A stretch of 64,000 bases of DNA from an uncultured Candidatus Saccharibacteria bacterium (lineage in GTDB: Bacteria; Patescibacteriota; CALEFQ01), in the NCBI GenBank assembly GCA_965230955.1, contig OZ246404.1:685426-749425 (forward strand). The letters run 5' to 3'. A model generated the notes under the pieces. It was not told where the DNA came from and searched no databases. It saw only the letters and a program-made list of their open reading frames with translations. Both the position numbers and the translations under genes were made by a program. Numbering within the stretch: position 1 is the stretch's first letter; every line of letters starts with the position of its first letter. Positions 27,556-38,617 of the stretch are shown here, one piece after another.

Positions 27556-27750
27556 TTACCAGCTAGCTTTTCGAATCCCGGGAATATCACCGCGGGTGGC
27601 CATTTCTCGAAAACAAATGCGACATAAACCAAACTTACGCATGTAACCATGCTTGCGACCGCAACGCCAACAGCGCCGTACCACTCGGGTCATATATTTA
27701 GCGCGCTTGATCGATTTATTCGCTTTGTACTCTTTAGCTTCTGTAGACAT
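27556..27750 (-). CDS. rpsZ: 30S ribosomal protein S14 type Z (zinc-binding)
   Basis: 61-aa S14 with [23 protein letters not shown]. Confidence 0.9.
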   Translation of the reverse strand: MSTEAKEYKANKSIKRAKYMTRVVRRCWRCGRKHGYMRKFGLCRICFREMATRGDIPGIRKASW

Positions 27751-27760
27751 AAATTATCAA

Positions 27761-28396
27761 TTAGGCTTTCTTGGCTGGCTCGGCCGCCCCGGACGAGGCA
27801 CCGGTAGTCTGACCGGACGGTTTTTGAAAACGACGCTTCTTTTTCTTCTTGCGCTTTTCATGGCGGAAAGGAATACCAAGCAAGGTGAAAAGACGTAAAC
27901 CTTCGGCCTGATTGTGAGCGGTCGTGTTGATCGTTACTTCCAAACCGTGAATTTTTTCAACTTCATCAGGATTAATTTCCGGAAAAACCATATGCTCTTT
28001 GAAACCAAGGGCTAAATTTCCCTGGGCATCAACCGAATAATCCGGGATACCGCGGAAATCACGCACCCGAGGCAAAACCACGCGCGTTACCTTCTCCAAA
28101 AAATCATACATTTTTTGCTTGCGTAAGGTGACCATCAGGCCGACTACCATACCGGCGCGAATTCCGAAACCCGATACCGCCTTGCGAGCCAAAGTCTTGA
28201 CGGGACGCTGGCCGGTAATGCGCTGGAGAGTATCGGTCATAACATCAAGATATTTGGCATCTTTGATCGCTTTGCTCAATCCAATATTAACACTCACCTT
28301 TACTAAGCGCGGCACCGCCAAAACATTGGTATAGCCGAACTCTTTCTGTAAAGCCGGGACGATTTCCGATCGATATTGTTCAAGTAATCGCTTCAT
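27761..28396 (-). CDS. rplE: 50S ribosomal protein L5, with a K-rich C-terminal tail
   Basis: L5 domain and operon order. Confidence 0.9.
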   Translation of the reverse strand: MKRLLEQYRSEIVPALQKEFGYTNVLAVPRLVKVSVNIGLSKAIKDAKYLDVMTDTLQRITGQRPVKTLARKAVSGFGIRAGMVVGLMVTLRKQKMYDFLEKVTRVVLPRVRDFRGIPDYSVDAQGNLALGFKEHMVFPEINPDEVEKIHGLEVTINTTAHNQAEGLRLFTLLGIPFRHEKRKKKKKRRFQKPSGQTTGASSGAAEPAKKA

Positions 28397-28399
28397 AGT

Positions 28400-28708
28400 C
28401 TAAAATTTCTCCTTACATTTACGGCAAATACGCCATTTTTTACCCGCTTCAATCTTGGTTCGTCCCACTCGATTGGGTTTGTTGCACTTGGGACAGACGA
28501 CCTGGACATTGGACATATGCAAAGGGGCGTTAAATTCTACGATTTGTCCTTTCTCGCCCTGGCGTCGGGGCCGGACATTTTTCTTGCGCATATTGATATT
28601 TTCTATCACTAATCGCTCGGCACTGGTAAGAACCTGCAAAACCTTCCCGGTTTTACCGCGATCTTTGCCTGACAGCACTTTTACATTGTCGCCTTTATGA
28701 ATTTTCAT
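28400..28708 (-). CDS. rplX: 50S ribosomal protein L24 with a C-terminal zinc-ribbon extension (CPKC...CRKC)
   Basis: KOW motif KGDNVKVLSGKDRGKTGKV. I placed the start at MKIHKGD. The track start at 28786 would overlap rplN. Confidence 0.85.
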   Translation of the reverse strand: MKIHKGDNVKVLSGKDRGKTGKVLQVLTSAERLVIENINMRKKNVRPRRQGEKGQIVEFNAPLHMSNVQVVCPKCNKPNRVGRTKIEAGKKWRICRKCKEKF

Positions 28709-28712
28709 AATC

Positions 28713-29084
28713 TTAGATAACTTCAGGAGCGAGTGAAATAATTTTTTGGAAGCCGGCTTTGCGGACTTCGCGAGCCACCGGGCCAAAAATACGAGTGCCG
28801 CGCGGTTCTTGATCGTCCTTGTTGACGATTACCGCCGCATTTTCATCAAAACGAATATAGGAACCGTCTTCGCGGCGATGCTCTTTCTTTACCCGCACCA
28901 AAACCGCTCGAACCACATCGCTTTTCTTGACGATCCCGCGGGGAATAGCTTCTTTAACCGCACCGACAAAAACCTCGCCTAACCGAACATAGCGTCGTCG
29001 GGTGCCACCCAAAACACGGATGCACTTGATTTCTCGAGCGCCGGTATTGTCTGCTACTTTTAGCCAGGTTCCGGTTTGAATCAT
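28713..29084 (-). CDS. rplN: 50S ribosomal protein L14
   Basis: [16 protein letters not shown]. Confidence 0.92.
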   Translation of the reverse strand: MIQTGTWLKVADNTGAREIKCIRVLGGTRRRYVRLGEVFVGAVKEAIPRGIVKKSDVVRAVLVRVKKEHRREDGSYIRFDENAAVIVNKDDQEPRGTRIFGPVAREVRKAGFQKIISLAPEVI

Positions 29085-29091
29085 ATATTTC

Positions 29092-29349
29092 TTACTTTGC
29101 TTTAGGATAAACTACGCGCCAGCGCTTGGTGCGCGACAAGGGTCGGCATTCTTCAAAGTTAATCGATTCACCTTCTTTGAATTTACCCTGCTCGTCATGA
29201 ACATGATAAAGCTTGGTCACCAAGTAGCGCTTGCGGTACTTGGGATGCTCTTTCTGCCGATCAACCGATACCACCAAAGTCTTCTTCATTTTGGCTTTCA
29301 CCACAATACCTTGCAGGGTCCGTTTAATTTTATGATCTGGCTTATTCAT
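29092..29349 (-). CDS. rpsQ: 30S ribosomal protein S17
   Basis: Operon order and an OB-fold. Confidence 0.88.
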   Translation of the reverse strand: MNKPDHKIKRTLQGIVVKAKMKKTLVVSVDRQKEHPKYRKRYLVTKLYHVHDEQGKFKEGESINFEECRPLSRTKRWRVVYPKAK

Positions 29350-29359
29350 AACGTAAAAA

Positions 29360-29545
29360 TTATTTAGTCTCGTTTATGACAGTCAAGATCCGAGCGATAT
29401 CCTGACGCAATTTCTTGTGCTCGCGGTAATTCTTCACTTGCTTATTGGCAATCCGAAAATTCAAATCCCGCAGCTTTTCTCTCAGACTGGCGAGCTGTTT
29501 ATGTAAATCAGGTTTGGATTTTGAGCGCAGGTCTTTCGCTTGCAT
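29360..29545 (-). CDS. rpmC: 50S ribosomal protein L29
   Basis: 61 aa, with the L29 helix pattern. Confidence 0.85.
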   Translation of the reverse strand: MQAKDLRSKSKPDLHKQLASLREKLRDLNFRIANKQVKNYREHKKLRQDIARILTVINETK

Positions 29546-29553
29546 ATCTTTAG

Positions 29554-29970
29554 CTATTCTTTAGCTTCTTGTGAAACGATTTTGGATGTGACCGGTAATT
29601 TATGGGAAGCCAAGCGCAGAGCCTCATCGGCGATCTGCGGCGTCACACCATCGATCTCAAACATTATTTTGCCCGGCTTAACTACCGCTACAAAATGATC
29701 CACGCCGCCTTTTCCGCCACCCATGCGATTTTCTGATCCGTGAAAAGTAACCGGTTTGTCGGGGAAAATGCGAACCCAGATTTTACCGCCGCGCTGAACA
29801 AATCGGGTCATGGCTCGCCGCGCCGCTTCGATCTGGCGCGCCGTCACCCAAGCTGATTCTTGGGATTTCAAACCCCAGGAACCAAAACTCAGGCGGTTTC
29901 CGCGACCGGCCGTCCCGGTCATGCGACCGCGGTGCTGCTTGCGATGTTTTACTTTACGTGGCATCAACAT
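29554..29970 (-). CDS. rplP: 50S ribosomal protein L16
   Basis: [16 protein letters not shown]. Confidence 0.92.
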   Translation of the reverse strand: MLMPRKVKHRKQHRGRMTGTAGRGNRLSFGSWGLKSQESAWVTARQIEAARRAMTRFVQRGGKIWVRIFPDKPVTFHGSENRMGGGKGGVDHFVAVVKPGKIMFEIDGVTPQIADEALRLASHKLPVTSKIVSQEAKE

Positions 29971-29985
29971 ATAAGAATCTGGTAA

Positions 29986-30657
29986 TTATTTTTTCTTAAC
30001 CGGAGCGGCTGATTTTTCGAAAACTTCACCGGAATATATCCAAACTTTTACACCTACCGCCCCATAAGTCGTACGGGCCGTGTAACAAGCGAAATCGATA
30101 TTGGCTCGAATCGTATGCAAAGGGATATTGCCTTTGGCTAACCACTCGCGTCGTCCCATATCGGAACCGTTCAAGCGTCCGGAAACGGCGATCTTTACTC
30201 CTTTGACATTCTGAGCTTCCATAACTTTCTCGGCCATTTGCTTCATGATCCGGCGGAAAGCAACACGTTTTTCCAATTGTTCCGCGACCGCCTGAGCCAC
30301 TAATTTGGCATGGCCGTAAGGATTGCGAATTTCTTCAATATTTACCTTCACTTCCATCTTTTGATTGGCAGCCGAAATCTGCTTCTTAACTTCATTCTTG
30401 AGCTGCTCCACCCCCGCTCCGCCTCGACCGATAATCAAACCGGGACGCGAAGTCTGAACAGTAATCGTAATCAAACGAGGAGAACGCTCGATTTCAATGC
30501 CCGCTACGCCCGCTTCTTTCAGCTTGCGCTCCAAAAACTCACGGATGCGGGTATCTTCCTGCAGCATTTCGCGAAAATTCTTTTTCCCAAACCATTTCGA
30601 AGGCCAGGAATACAGAACCCCTAATCGGAAACCTCTTGGATGAACTTTTTGCCCCAT
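29986..30657 (-). CDS. rpsC: 30S ribosomal protein S3
   Basis: MGQKVHPRGFRLG, with a KH domain. Confidence 0.92.
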   Translation of the reverse strand: MGQKVHPRGFRLGVLYSWPSKWFGKKNFREMLQEDTRIREFLERKLKEAGVAGIEIERSPRLITITVQTSRPGLIIGRGGAGVEQLKNEVKKQISAANQKMEVKVNIEEIRNPYGHAKLVAQAVAEQLEKRVAFRRIMKQMAEKVMEAQNVKGVKIAVSGRLNGSDMGRREWLAKGNIPLHTIRANIDFACYTARTTYGAVGVKVWIYSGEVFEKSAAPVKKK

Positions 30658-30666
30658 AGTAGGATA

Positions 30667-31224
30667 TTAATTCTCAGACGATTTGCGTCGGAAAATCTTA
30701 TTCATAAAACCACCCGTTCCCGGACCAGATTTTTTCTCAGGGTGCTGCTCTTTAAATTTACCGGACCGCTTCTTGTCGGAAGCGTCAGTCTCGGTGTTTC
30801 CCAGCTTGGCGATATCATCCTTGGTCTTGAGCCGGGTAACTTTGGGCTGGCCGGATTTGCTCTTCTTCACTTTCGGCTTTTTCTTCCCTTTAACTCTTTC
30901 TTCAAGCACAATGACAACTTGTGAAGTTCGCTTAAAAATTTCTGCCGCGACGCCCTTGGCTTCCGCGTGCCAGCGTTTGTAAGTCGGACCGGGATTGACC
31001 ATTATTTCCTTGACGAATAAATTATTTTTATCCATCTCGAAATTATTTTCCGCATTGGCCATGGCCGAGCGTAGCAAAGACAGAACCGGCCGCGCCGCTG
31101 TTTTCGACAGAAAAGCCAATTGCTGTTCCGCCGCCACCGCATCAAGTCCGCGAATCAAATTAACCACCAGTCGCACTTTGCGCGGTGAAATTCTGATTTG
31201 TTTGACGGAAGCTTTTACTGACAT
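30667..31224 (-). CDS. rplV: 50S ribosomal protein L22, with a K-rich C-terminal extension
   Basis: L22 core and operon order. Confidence 0.88.
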   Translation of the reverse strand: MSVKASVKQIRISPRKVRLVVNLIRGLDAVAAEQQLAFLSKTAARPVLSLLRSAMANAENNFEMDKNNLFVKEIMVNPGPTYKRWHAEAKGVAAEIFKRTSQVVIVLEERVKGKKKPKVKKSKSGQPKVTRLKTKDDIAKLGNTETDASDKKRSGKFKEQHPEKKSGPGTGGFMNKIFRRKSSEN

Positions 31225-31244
31225 ATCTTCAAATAATTAACTGA

Positions 31245-31583
31245 TTACTTTTTGGCGGGAGCCGCCGGTTCTTTGGCCGCTTTGGGACTATCGGCCTCTT
31301 TGGCCGCCGCGGCTTCTTCCGCCGCTTTGCGACCGCCGTGCGCCACAAACTTCCGGGTCGGCGAAAATTCACCTAATTTATGTCCCACCATATTTTCAGT
31401 GATGAAAACCGGTAAGTGTTGTTTACCATTATGTACTCCGATCGTCAAACCAACCATTTCCGGAAAAATAACCGAATCACGCGACCAGGTCTTGATCATC
31501 GTTTTGTCACCAGGCTTCAAATTCTTGATTTTTTCCATCAGCCGAGGATCGGCGAATGGCCCTTTTTTAAGACTTCGTGACAT
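31245..31583 (-). CDS. rpsS: 30S ribosomal protein S19, with an Ala/Lys-rich C-terminal tail
   Basis: [10 protein letters not shown]. Confidence 0.9.
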   Translation of the reverse strand: MSRSLKKGPFADPRLMEKIKNLKPGDKTMIKTWSRDSVIFPEMVGLTIGVHNGKQHLPVFITENMVGHKLGEFSPTRKFVAHGGRKAAEEAAAAKEADSPKAAKEPAAPAKK

Positions 31584-32418
31584 GGCCTTGACGATTATGG
31601 ATAATAAACTTGTTGGAACTTTTCTTCTTGGAGCGCGTCTTGACTCCCAAAGCCGGCTTGCCCCATGGAGTGCGCGGACCTTTCTTCAAACCGATGGAAG
31701 TATGTCCTTCACCGCCACCGTGCGGGTGATCAACCGGATTCATGGCCGTACCAACCACTGTCGGACGAATACCCATCCAGCGCTGTCGGCCAGCTTTTCC
31801 GATAGTCACATTTCCGTGATCTTCATTGCTCACTTGACCGATCGTGGCCAAACAAGTACCGAGAAAATTCCGGACTTCCCCCGAAGGAAGCTTCAACTGG
31901 GCATATTTACCTTCATGACTCATCAATTGCGCCATGGTACCGGCCGAACGTACGACTTGTCCGCCCCGGCCCGGCTGTAATTCGATATCGTATAAGAAAA
32001 CACCGTCTGGTAAATGTTGCAAAGGCATCCGATTGCCGATTTTCACTTCAATTTTATTATGCGAAGACAGAACATCCGCTCCGGTTTTCAATTCATGAGG
32101 AGCAATGATGTAGCGCCGTTCGCCATCGGAATAAACAATCAAGGCGATAAAAGCCGAGCGATTTGGATCATATTCCAAAGCTTCCACTTTTGCCGGAATA
32201 TCAAATTTGTCGCGGCGAAAATCCACAAAACGATAGCGCTGGCGATGTCCGCCTCCCTGGTGCCGAACCGTGATCTTGGCGCCCATTCCCCGGCCAGAAT
32301 GTTCCTTTTTGGTCTGGGTCAATTTTTTATGGGGTCGCTTTTTAGTGAGTTCACTAAAATCGACGGTCGTCATGTATCGTCGGGAGGGAGTAAGCGGTTT
32401 GTAAGTTTTAATTGGCAT
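31567..32418 (-). CDS. rplB: 50S ribosomal protein L2
   Basis: L2 signature GGGHRQRYR. Confidence 0.92.
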   Translation of the reverse strand: MPIKTYKPLTPSRRYMTTVDFSELTKKRPHKKLTQTKKEHSGRGMGAKITVRHQGGGHRQRYRFVDFRRDKFDIPAKVEALEYDPNRSAFIALIVYSDGERRYIIAPHELKTGADVLSSHNKIEVKIGNRMPLQHLPDGVFLYDIELQPGRGGQVVRSAGTMAQLMSHEGKYAQLKLPSGEVRNFLGTCLATIGQVSNEDHGNVTIGKAGRQRWMGIRPTVVGTAMNPVDHPHGGGEGHTSIGLKKGPRTPWGKPALGVKTRSKKKSSNKFIIHNRQGHVTKS

Positions 32419-32442
32419 TAGATAGTAGTTAGTCGTCGGAAA

Positions 32443-32859
32443 TTAGACTCCTTCATAAATCTGGATCTTCTGTCCGGCCGGAAGCGTGACAATGGCCTTT
32501 TTCCAATTCTGGGTCTGACCCTGGCTGCGGCCACTGCGTCGGCGCTTGCCCAAAACATTTATCACGCGTACACACACAGGCTTGATTCCGTAAACGTGAT
32601 ACACGGCTCGGGCGATTTCCGGTTTCGAAGCGGCTTTCGCCACTCGAAACAAATAAGTATTCTGCTCGGCTAAAATTGTTCCCTTTTCAGAAATGATCGG
32701 ACGCATCAAAACCCGGTAAGCGAGTTTGGTATCGGCCTTAAGCTTTTTATCTTTCGGCTTTGCCGTTTTTTCGCCTTTTCCCGGCTGCACTAAACCAACT
32801 CCGCGGCTCGGCGCCGAGGCAGGCTGATCAGATTTTGATTTTCCGCCGAAAAGAGCCAT
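32443..32859 (-). CDS. rplW: 50S ribosomal protein L23, with a K/P-rich N-terminal extension of about 45 aa
   Basis: L23 core YRVLMRPIISEKG. The start is uncertain. Confidence 0.85.
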   Translation of the reverse strand: MALFGGKSKSDQPASAPSRGVGLVQPGKGEKTAKPKDKKLKADTKLAYRVLMRPIISEKGTILAEQNTYLFRVAKAASKPEIARAVYHVYGIKPVCVRVINVLGKRRRSGRSQGQTQNWKKAIVTLPAGQKIQIYEGV

Positions 32860-32860
32860 A

Positions 32861-33592
32861 TTATTTCTTTACAGGTTTTTTAATCTTCTTCTTCGGTGCC
32901 GCGACTGCTTTCGCACCGGATTTCTGGCCACCCTTTTTCACCAGCGATGCCCCGAAAGTCTGACTGATGACCGCAATGCTATCTTTCAACAAAATCAATT
33001 CTTCATAATCCAACAAATCTTTGATGTTCAAACTATCCGCTCGAGTCAGTTTGATCACCGGAATATTGCGCCCGGCTCGGTAAATCATCGATTCTTCTTT
33101 CAGACCGCGCAAGGCCACCAAAGTGGTTTTTCCCGCTACCGGCAATTTCATCAAAATCGCGGCTAATTCCTTCGTCTTGGGCTGTTCAAGTTTCAAAGCA
33201 TCCAAAACCACCAATTGCTTATCCAGAACTTTTGAAGTCAGAGCCATAAATAAAGCTTTGTGCCGAGCTTTGGCATTCATTTTCTTGCTGTAATTCCGTT
33301 CATTGCGCGGACCGAAAGTCGTACCGCCGCCGATCCAAATCGGAGACCGAATAGACCCGGCGCGAGCGCGGCCAGTCCCTTTTTGCTTCCAGGGTTTTTT
33401 CCCGCCGCCGCGAACTTCGCCGCGGGTTTTGGTATGAGCCCAGGGAGTGCGAGCATTGGCCGTCTGGGTAACCAAGGCTTGATGCAAAACATTCATCTTC
33501 GGCTTCACTTCAAATATCTCGGCCGGCAAATTAACTTCACCGACTTTTTCACCGGATTGATTGTGCACTGCGATCTTCGCCATATTAGTCAA
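32861..33592 (-). CDS. rplD: 50S ribosomal protein L4
   Basis: L4 family and operon order. Confidence 0.9.
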   Translation of the reverse strand: MTNMAKIAVHNQSGEKVGEVNLPAEIFEVKPKMNVLHQALVTQTANARTPWAHTKTRGEVRGGGKKPWKQKGTGRARAGSIRSPIWIGGGTTFGPRNERNYSKKMNAKARHKALFMALTSKVLDKQLVVLDALKLEQPKTKELAAILMKLPVAGKTTLVALRGLKEESMIYRAGRNIPVIKLTRADSLNIKDLLDYEELILLKDSIAVISQTFGASLVKKGGQKSGAKAVAAPKKKIKKPVKK

Positions 33593-34191
33593 GCGTATGA
33601 ATTTGAATAAGAGTCTTCGGCGCTCCGGGCAAAGGTCCTTTGATCGCTAAAATCCCGGCGGCGCTATCTACCTTGACCACCCAGGTCTGTCGCGTGACGC
33701 GATCATGCCCCATCCGACCAGCCATTTTCAAACCCTTGCGAGTATGCTGGGGAAAACGGGCACCGGCAGAACCTGGCTTGCGCTCGTCATGACGATGGCC
33801 ATGGGTGGATGATTGGCCGGCAAAGTTATGACGACGAACCACGCCTTGATAACCCTTCCCTTTGGATAAAGCTACGATCTTAACTTTGTCGCCGTCTTTG
33901 AATATTTCGGCCGTGACTTTATCGCCGCGCTTGAATTGAGCATCCGCTCCAACTCGAAATTCCCGTAAATAACGAAAAGTTTCCAGATCTTTCAAGTGAC
34001 CTTGAAGCGGTTTGGTCAGGTGTTTGCGCCTTCCGAAACCAAGCTGAACCGCCCGATACTTATCTTTGTCGGCATCTTTGATTTGGGTCACCGTGCAAGG
34101 ACCGGCCTGAACTAAAGTTACCGGGGTAACTTTCCCGGTCTGATCGAAGACCTGCGTCATGCCTAATTTTTGACCCAAAATAAATTTCATA
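33585..34191 (-). CDS. rplC: 50S ribosomal protein L3
   Basis: I trimmed the start to MKFILGQKLGMTQVF. Confidence 0.9.
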
Positions 34192-34201
34192 GTAATCGTA
34201 A

Positions 34202-34268
34202 ACAAAAAAACTGTAATTGCCTGAGATCGACCTCTCTAAACTGCGCCGTCATTTCAGGCACTTACAGT
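34202..34268 (-). terminator. Terminator- or attenuator-like hairpin immediately upstream of the rplC start
   Basis: A 15-bp stem (actgtaattgcctga / tcaggcacttacagt, one mismatch) with a 29-nt loop. On the minus strand it is followed by a T7 run about 11 nt before the rplC ATG. Confidence 0.55.
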
Positions 34269-34401
34269 TTTTGGGCCGATTCAGTATCGCCCCCTCTCTC
34301 AAAAATTTATAAATAAATCTTTGGTGAGGAGGGACTTAAATCCGTGTCCCCCTACACTCAAGCGCTCAACCATAAGACTTGAACGTTTGAGTGTGGGAGG
34401 A

Positions 34402-34764
34402 TTACATTTTTATCTCAACATCGACTCCACTGGGAAGATTCAGATTCATCAGCGAATCAATTGTTTTCGCTGTCGGCTGCTGAATGTCAATCAGTCGCTT
34501 GTGAACCCGCATTTCGAATTGTTCCCGGGAATCTTTTTTCGCAAAGGAGGCCCGAATCACAGTATACTTACTGTTTTCGGTTGGCAAGGGAATCGGACCG
34601 AGTACCTGCGCACCTGTGCGCTGGGCGGTCTCGACAATCTGCTTGGCGGATTGATCAATAATCTTATGATCATAAGCTTTGATCTTTATCCGGATCCGCT
34701 GACTGCCTTCTTCGTTTTCAACCTCTTTCTTATCCATGAGACTGGTTGTTAATGTCTCGCTCAA
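34402..34764 (-). CDS. rpsJ: 30S ribosomal protein S10. The start may be the internal MDKK.
   Basis: [15 protein letters not shown]. Confidence 0.9.
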   Translation of the reverse strand: MSETLTTSLMDKKEVENEEGSQRIRIKIKAYDHKIIDQSAKQIVETAQRTGAQVLGPIPLPTENSKYTVIRASFAKKDSREQFEMRVHKRLIDIQQPTAKTIDSLMNLNLPSGVDVEIKM

Positions 34765-34926
34765 TCGAGTAATTACTCGATAAAGTTTTAATCAATAAAG
34801 TCTGCCAGCAAAGTAATTTTTCAACTTCCTGGTAGAAAAGGAAATGACGATTCATTTCCCTTCCTTATCAAGAAATTACCCGCGCACCGACCCCGAAGTA
34901 ATTTCGAGCCGGTGCAAGGTGAGTGC

Positions 34927-36135
34927 TTACTTGATTATTTTCGTGACCAATCCGGCGCCGACGGTTTTGCCGCCTTCGCGGATAGCAAACTTCATCTCTT
35001 CTTCCATGCCGACAGCTGAGGTCAATTTGATTTTCAAATTAACGTCATCGCCAGGCATAACCATCTCGGCTTTTTCGGGCAGAGCCGTCACTTCACCGGT
35101 CACATCGGTCGTACGGATATAGAATTGGGGTTTGTACCCTTTGAAAAACGGAGTGTGCCGTCCACCTTCTTCTTTGGTGAGAATATACACTTTCGCTTCG
35201 AATTCGCTGTGCGGTGTGATAGAACCCGGTTTGGCCAAAACTTGGCCGCGTTGCACTTCATCCTTTTTGGTACCGCGGAGCAAAATACCGGCATTATCAC
35301 CAGCCATACCTTCATCCAGAGATTTGTTGAACATTTCAATGCCGGTCACGACGGTTTTCTTGGTCTCGCCCAAACCGACAATTTCGACTTCGTCGTTGAT
35401 CTTGACCATGCCGCGCTCGATGCGTCCGGTAACAACCGTTCCGCGACCTTCAATGGTAAAGATATCTTCGATCGGCATCAATAAAGGCTTATCGGTATCG
35501 CGCTTCGGATCGGGAACATTTTCATCTAAAGCTTTGATCAAGTCGAAAATCGGCTTGCAAGTGGGACATTCCGGTTTCTTATCCTTGCATTCCAGAGCTT
35601 TGAGAGCTGAGCCGCGAATGACAGCTGTTTTTTCGCCGTCGAATTCATACTTAGTCAGGAGTTCGCGAACTTCTTGCTCGACTAAATCAATCAATTCCGG
35701 ATCATCAACCGTATCGACTTTATTCAGGAAAACGACAATGGTCGGCACGCCGACTTGGCGAGCGAGCAAAATATGTTCTTTAGTTTGAGGCATAGCACCA
35801 TCAGCGGCTGACACAACTAAAATTGCGCCGTCCATCTGGGCTGCGCCAGTAATCATGTTTTTGATATAGTCGGCATGTCCCGGACAATCGACGTGAGCAT
35901 AGTGGCGCTTGGCTGATTCGTACTCAACGTGCGAAGTGGCAATTGTAATGCCGCGTTCTTTTTCTTCCGGAGCGTTGTCAATGGTGTCAAAGGCACGAGC
36001 TTTAGCTAAACCCTGAGCCGCTAAACAAGACGTAATAGCCGCGGTCAAAGTAGTCTTGCCGTGATCGACATGACCAATCGTCCCGACATTGACATGGGGC
36101 TTAGATCGGTCGAATTTGGCTTTTTCTTCAGCCAT
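34927..36135 (-). CDS. tuf: Elongation factor Tu
   Basis: [11 protein letters not shown]-loop and full-length EF-Tu. Confidence 0.95.
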   Translation of the reverse strand: MAEEKAKFDRSKPHVNVGTIGHVDHGKTTLTAAITSCLAAQGLAKARAFDTIDNAPEEKERGITIATSHVEYESAKRHYAHVDCPGHADYIKNMITGAAQMDGAILVVSAADGAMPQTKEHILLARQVGVPTIVVFLNKVDTVDDPELIDLVEQEVRELLTKYEFDGEKTAVIRGSALKALECKDKKPECPTCKPIFDLIKALDENVPDPKRDTDKPLLMPIEDIFTIEGRGTVVTGRIERGMVKINDEVEIVGLGETKKTVVTGIEMFNKSLDEGMAGDNAGILLRGTKKDEVQRGQVLAKPGSITPHSEFEAKVYILTKEEGGRHTPFFKGYKPQFYIRTTDVTGEVTALPEKAEMVMPGDDVNLKIKLTSAVGMEEEMKFAIREGGKTVGAGLVTKIIK

Positions 36136-36443
36136 GGTGGTGGTTTTTTGTCACCGCAATTACCCACGCGGTGAATTAGAAACGTTTAAATAAAAAGATA
36201 AGTTAAAATAACGAACTCACGATATCCTGCAATCAATTACTGAGTTTAACAGCCTTCTTTTGAACCGTCAAGAGCTGGACAATATTATAGAGGAGTCTCC
36301 CGGAAAGAGCAAGTTGATAAATCCAAAACATGACATTCGAAGCCCGAAACAATATTCAAATCAAAACCCCAAAATACTAGTATTTAAATGCCGGGATTTC
36401 AGATTTAGAAATTGTTTCGGATTTCGAATTTATGGTTTCGCGC

Positions 36444-38522
36444 TTATTCCTTCTCTTCTCCCGTAATCTGGCGCGCAATATTCGGCGGAACTTCGGCGTA
36501 ATGATCGAACTGCATATTCGGCACCCCGCGTCCCTGAGTCAAAGAGCGTAAAGTAGTCGTATAGCCAAACATTTCAGCCAGCGGAACTTTGGCATCAATC
36601 ACTTTTAATTTACCGCGATCATTGATGGCATCGATTTGCGCCCGCTTGGCATTCAAGTCACCGACAACATCACCCATGTAATTATCCGGACAAATAACTT
36701 CCAATGACATGATCGGTTCCAACAAAATCGGATTGGCTTTACGCACGCCTTCTTTCAAAGCCTTTGATCCGGCGACTTTGAAAGCCGCCTCGGAAGAATC
36801 GACTTCATGGTAAGACCCGTCAAAAATCGTAACACTGACATCGATCACAGGATAGCCGGCAATAACGCCATTGTCCATGGCTTCTTTTACACCTTTTCCA
36901 ACCGGAGCAATATACTCTTGGGGAACAACACCGCCTTTAATATCATCAATAAATTCAAAGCCTTTACCCCGTTCTCTCGGTTCCAATTTCAGCCAGACAT
37001 GACCATACTGTCCGCGACCGCCAGTTTGCTTGATATACTTGCCTTCGGATTCAACAGCTTTTTTGATAGTTTCTTTGTAAGCGACTTGCGGTTTCCCGAC
37101 ATTGGCTTCCACCTTAAACTCACGACGCATGCGTTCGACCAAAACTTCCAACTGTAATTCACCGACGCCGGAAATAATCGTCTGACCGGTTTCTTCATCG
37201 GTCTTGACGCGGAAAGTCGGATCTTCAATCGCCAGCTTATTAAGGGCAATGCCCAATTTTTCTTGGTCGGCTTTTGTCTTGGGTTCAATCGCCATCGAGA
37301 TGACCGGTTCGATGAAAGTAATGCTTTCTAATTTTATGGGGTGCGTCTCATCACACAAGGTATCGCCGGTGCGAGTATTTTTTAAACCGACCACCGCGGC
37401 GATTTCCCCGGCATAAACCACATCGACATCTTCGCGTTTATTGGAATGCATCCGCAAAATGCGGCCGATGCGTTCTTTATCGCCGCGTACCGGATTCAGA
37501 ACATAAGTTCCAGCCGTCAATGTACCGGAATAAACGCGGAAAAAAGTCAGAGTTCCCACAAAAGGATCGGTCGCAATCTTAAAAGCCAAAGCGGCAAAAG
37601 GCTCGGCGTCATCGGTTTTGCGAACTAATTTCTTTTTTTCATCGCTGGGATCAGTTCCTTCAATCGGCGGTACATCAAGAGGCGAGGGCAAATAATCCGA
37701 TACGGCATCGAGAAGCGCCTGGACCCCTTTGTTTTTCAAGGCGGAACCGCACAATACCGGAATAAGTTTCAAGGTCAAGGTCGCCCGGCGCAAAGTCTTT
37801 TTTAAATCGGCAGGACTGACTTCTTTTCCCTCTAAATAATCGGCCATTAGTTTATCATCCTGCTCAACAATCTTTTCCACCAGTTTTTCGCGCCATTTTT
37901 TAACTTCCGCTTTCAATTCTTCCCGGACAGGTTTTTCGGTCACGTCCTTTCCCAATTCACCGCTGAAAATCTGCTCTTTCTGCTCGATCAAATCAACTAC
38001 GCCTTCAAAAGAATCCTCAATGCCAATCGGGATTTGGATCGGCACGGCATCCTCCGTCAATCGATCATAAATGGAAGCCACATCAGCGTCGAAATTCGCG
38101 CCGGTACGGTCCAATTTATTAATAAAACAAATACGGGGAACTTTATATTTGTCGGCTTGGCGCCAGACAGTTTCTGATTGGGGCTCGACTCCGGCGACAC
38201 CGTCGAAAACAACAACACCGCCATCCAGCACACGCAAGGAACGTTCAACTTCGGCGGTAAAATCAACGTGACCGGGAGTATCGATCAGATTTATTCGAAT
38301 CCCCTTCCAAAAACAAGTGGTCGCGGCGGAAGTAATAGTGATTCCGCGTTCACGCTCCTGATCCATCCAATCCATTTCGGCCGCGCCCTCGTGAACTTCG
38401 CCGATTTTGTGTTTTTTACCGGTGTAATACAAAATTCGCTCCGAAACCGTCGTTTTACCAGCATCGATGTGAGCGATAATACCGATATTGCGTGTATTGG
38501 CGAGAGAATATTCGCGGGGCAT
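36444..38522 (-). CDS. fusA: Elongation factor G
   Basis: AHIDAGKTT, 692 aa. Confidence 0.95.
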   Translation of the reverse strand: MPREYSLANTRNIGIIAHIDAGKTTVSERILYYTGKKHKIGEVHEGAAEMDWMDQERERGITITSAATTCFWKGIRINLIDTPGHVDFTAEVERSLRVLDGGVVVFDGVAGVEPQSETVWRQADKYKVPRICFINKLDRTGANFDADVASIYDRLTEDAVPIQIPIGIEDSFEGVVDLIEQKEQIFSGELGKDVTEKPVREELKAEVKKWREKLVEKIVEQDDKLMADYLEGKEVSPADLKKTLRRATLTLKLIPVLCGSALKNKGVQALLDAVSDYLPSPLDVPPIEGTDPSDEKKKLVRKTDDAEPFAALAFKIATDPFVGTLTFFRVYSGTLTAGTYVLNPVRGDKERIGRILRMHSNKREDVDVVYAGEIAAVVGLKNTRTGDTLCDETHPIKLESITFIEPVISMAIEPKTKADQEKLGIALNKLAIEDPTFRVKTDEETGQTIISGVGELQLEVLVERMRREFKVEANVGKPQVAYKETIKKAVESEGKYIKQTGGRGQYGHVWLKLEPRERGKGFEFIDDIKGGVVPQEYIAPVGKGVKEAMDNGVIAGYPVIDVSVTIFDGSYHEVDSSEAAFKVAGSKALKEGVRKANPILLEPIMSLEVICPDNYMGDVVGDLNAKRAQIDAINDRGKLKVIDAKVPLAEMFGYTTTLRSLTQGRGVPNMQFDHYAEVPPNIARQITGEEKE

Positions 38523-38615
38523 CTTAGTTAGTCTTTAGTCTTTAGTCTTTAGTCTTTAGTCTTTAGCCGCGTTTTTAGTCTACCGACTAAAGACTAACGA
38601 CCAAAGACCTAGGAA
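38523..38615. repeat. Palindromic heptad-repeat element, family B
   Basis: Five copies of tagtctt, then a loop, then gactaaagactaacgaccaaagacc. It lies between fusA and rpsG. Confidence 0.75.
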
Positions 38616-38617
38616 AA

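Noticed and set aside
34321-34400. Possible tRNA in the rpsJ-rplC spacer (GTTCAAGTC resembles a T-loop)
   Set aside because: No cloverleaf could be built. The acceptor stem would have to extend into the rpsJ coding region. I interpret it as a set of mRNA hairpins.
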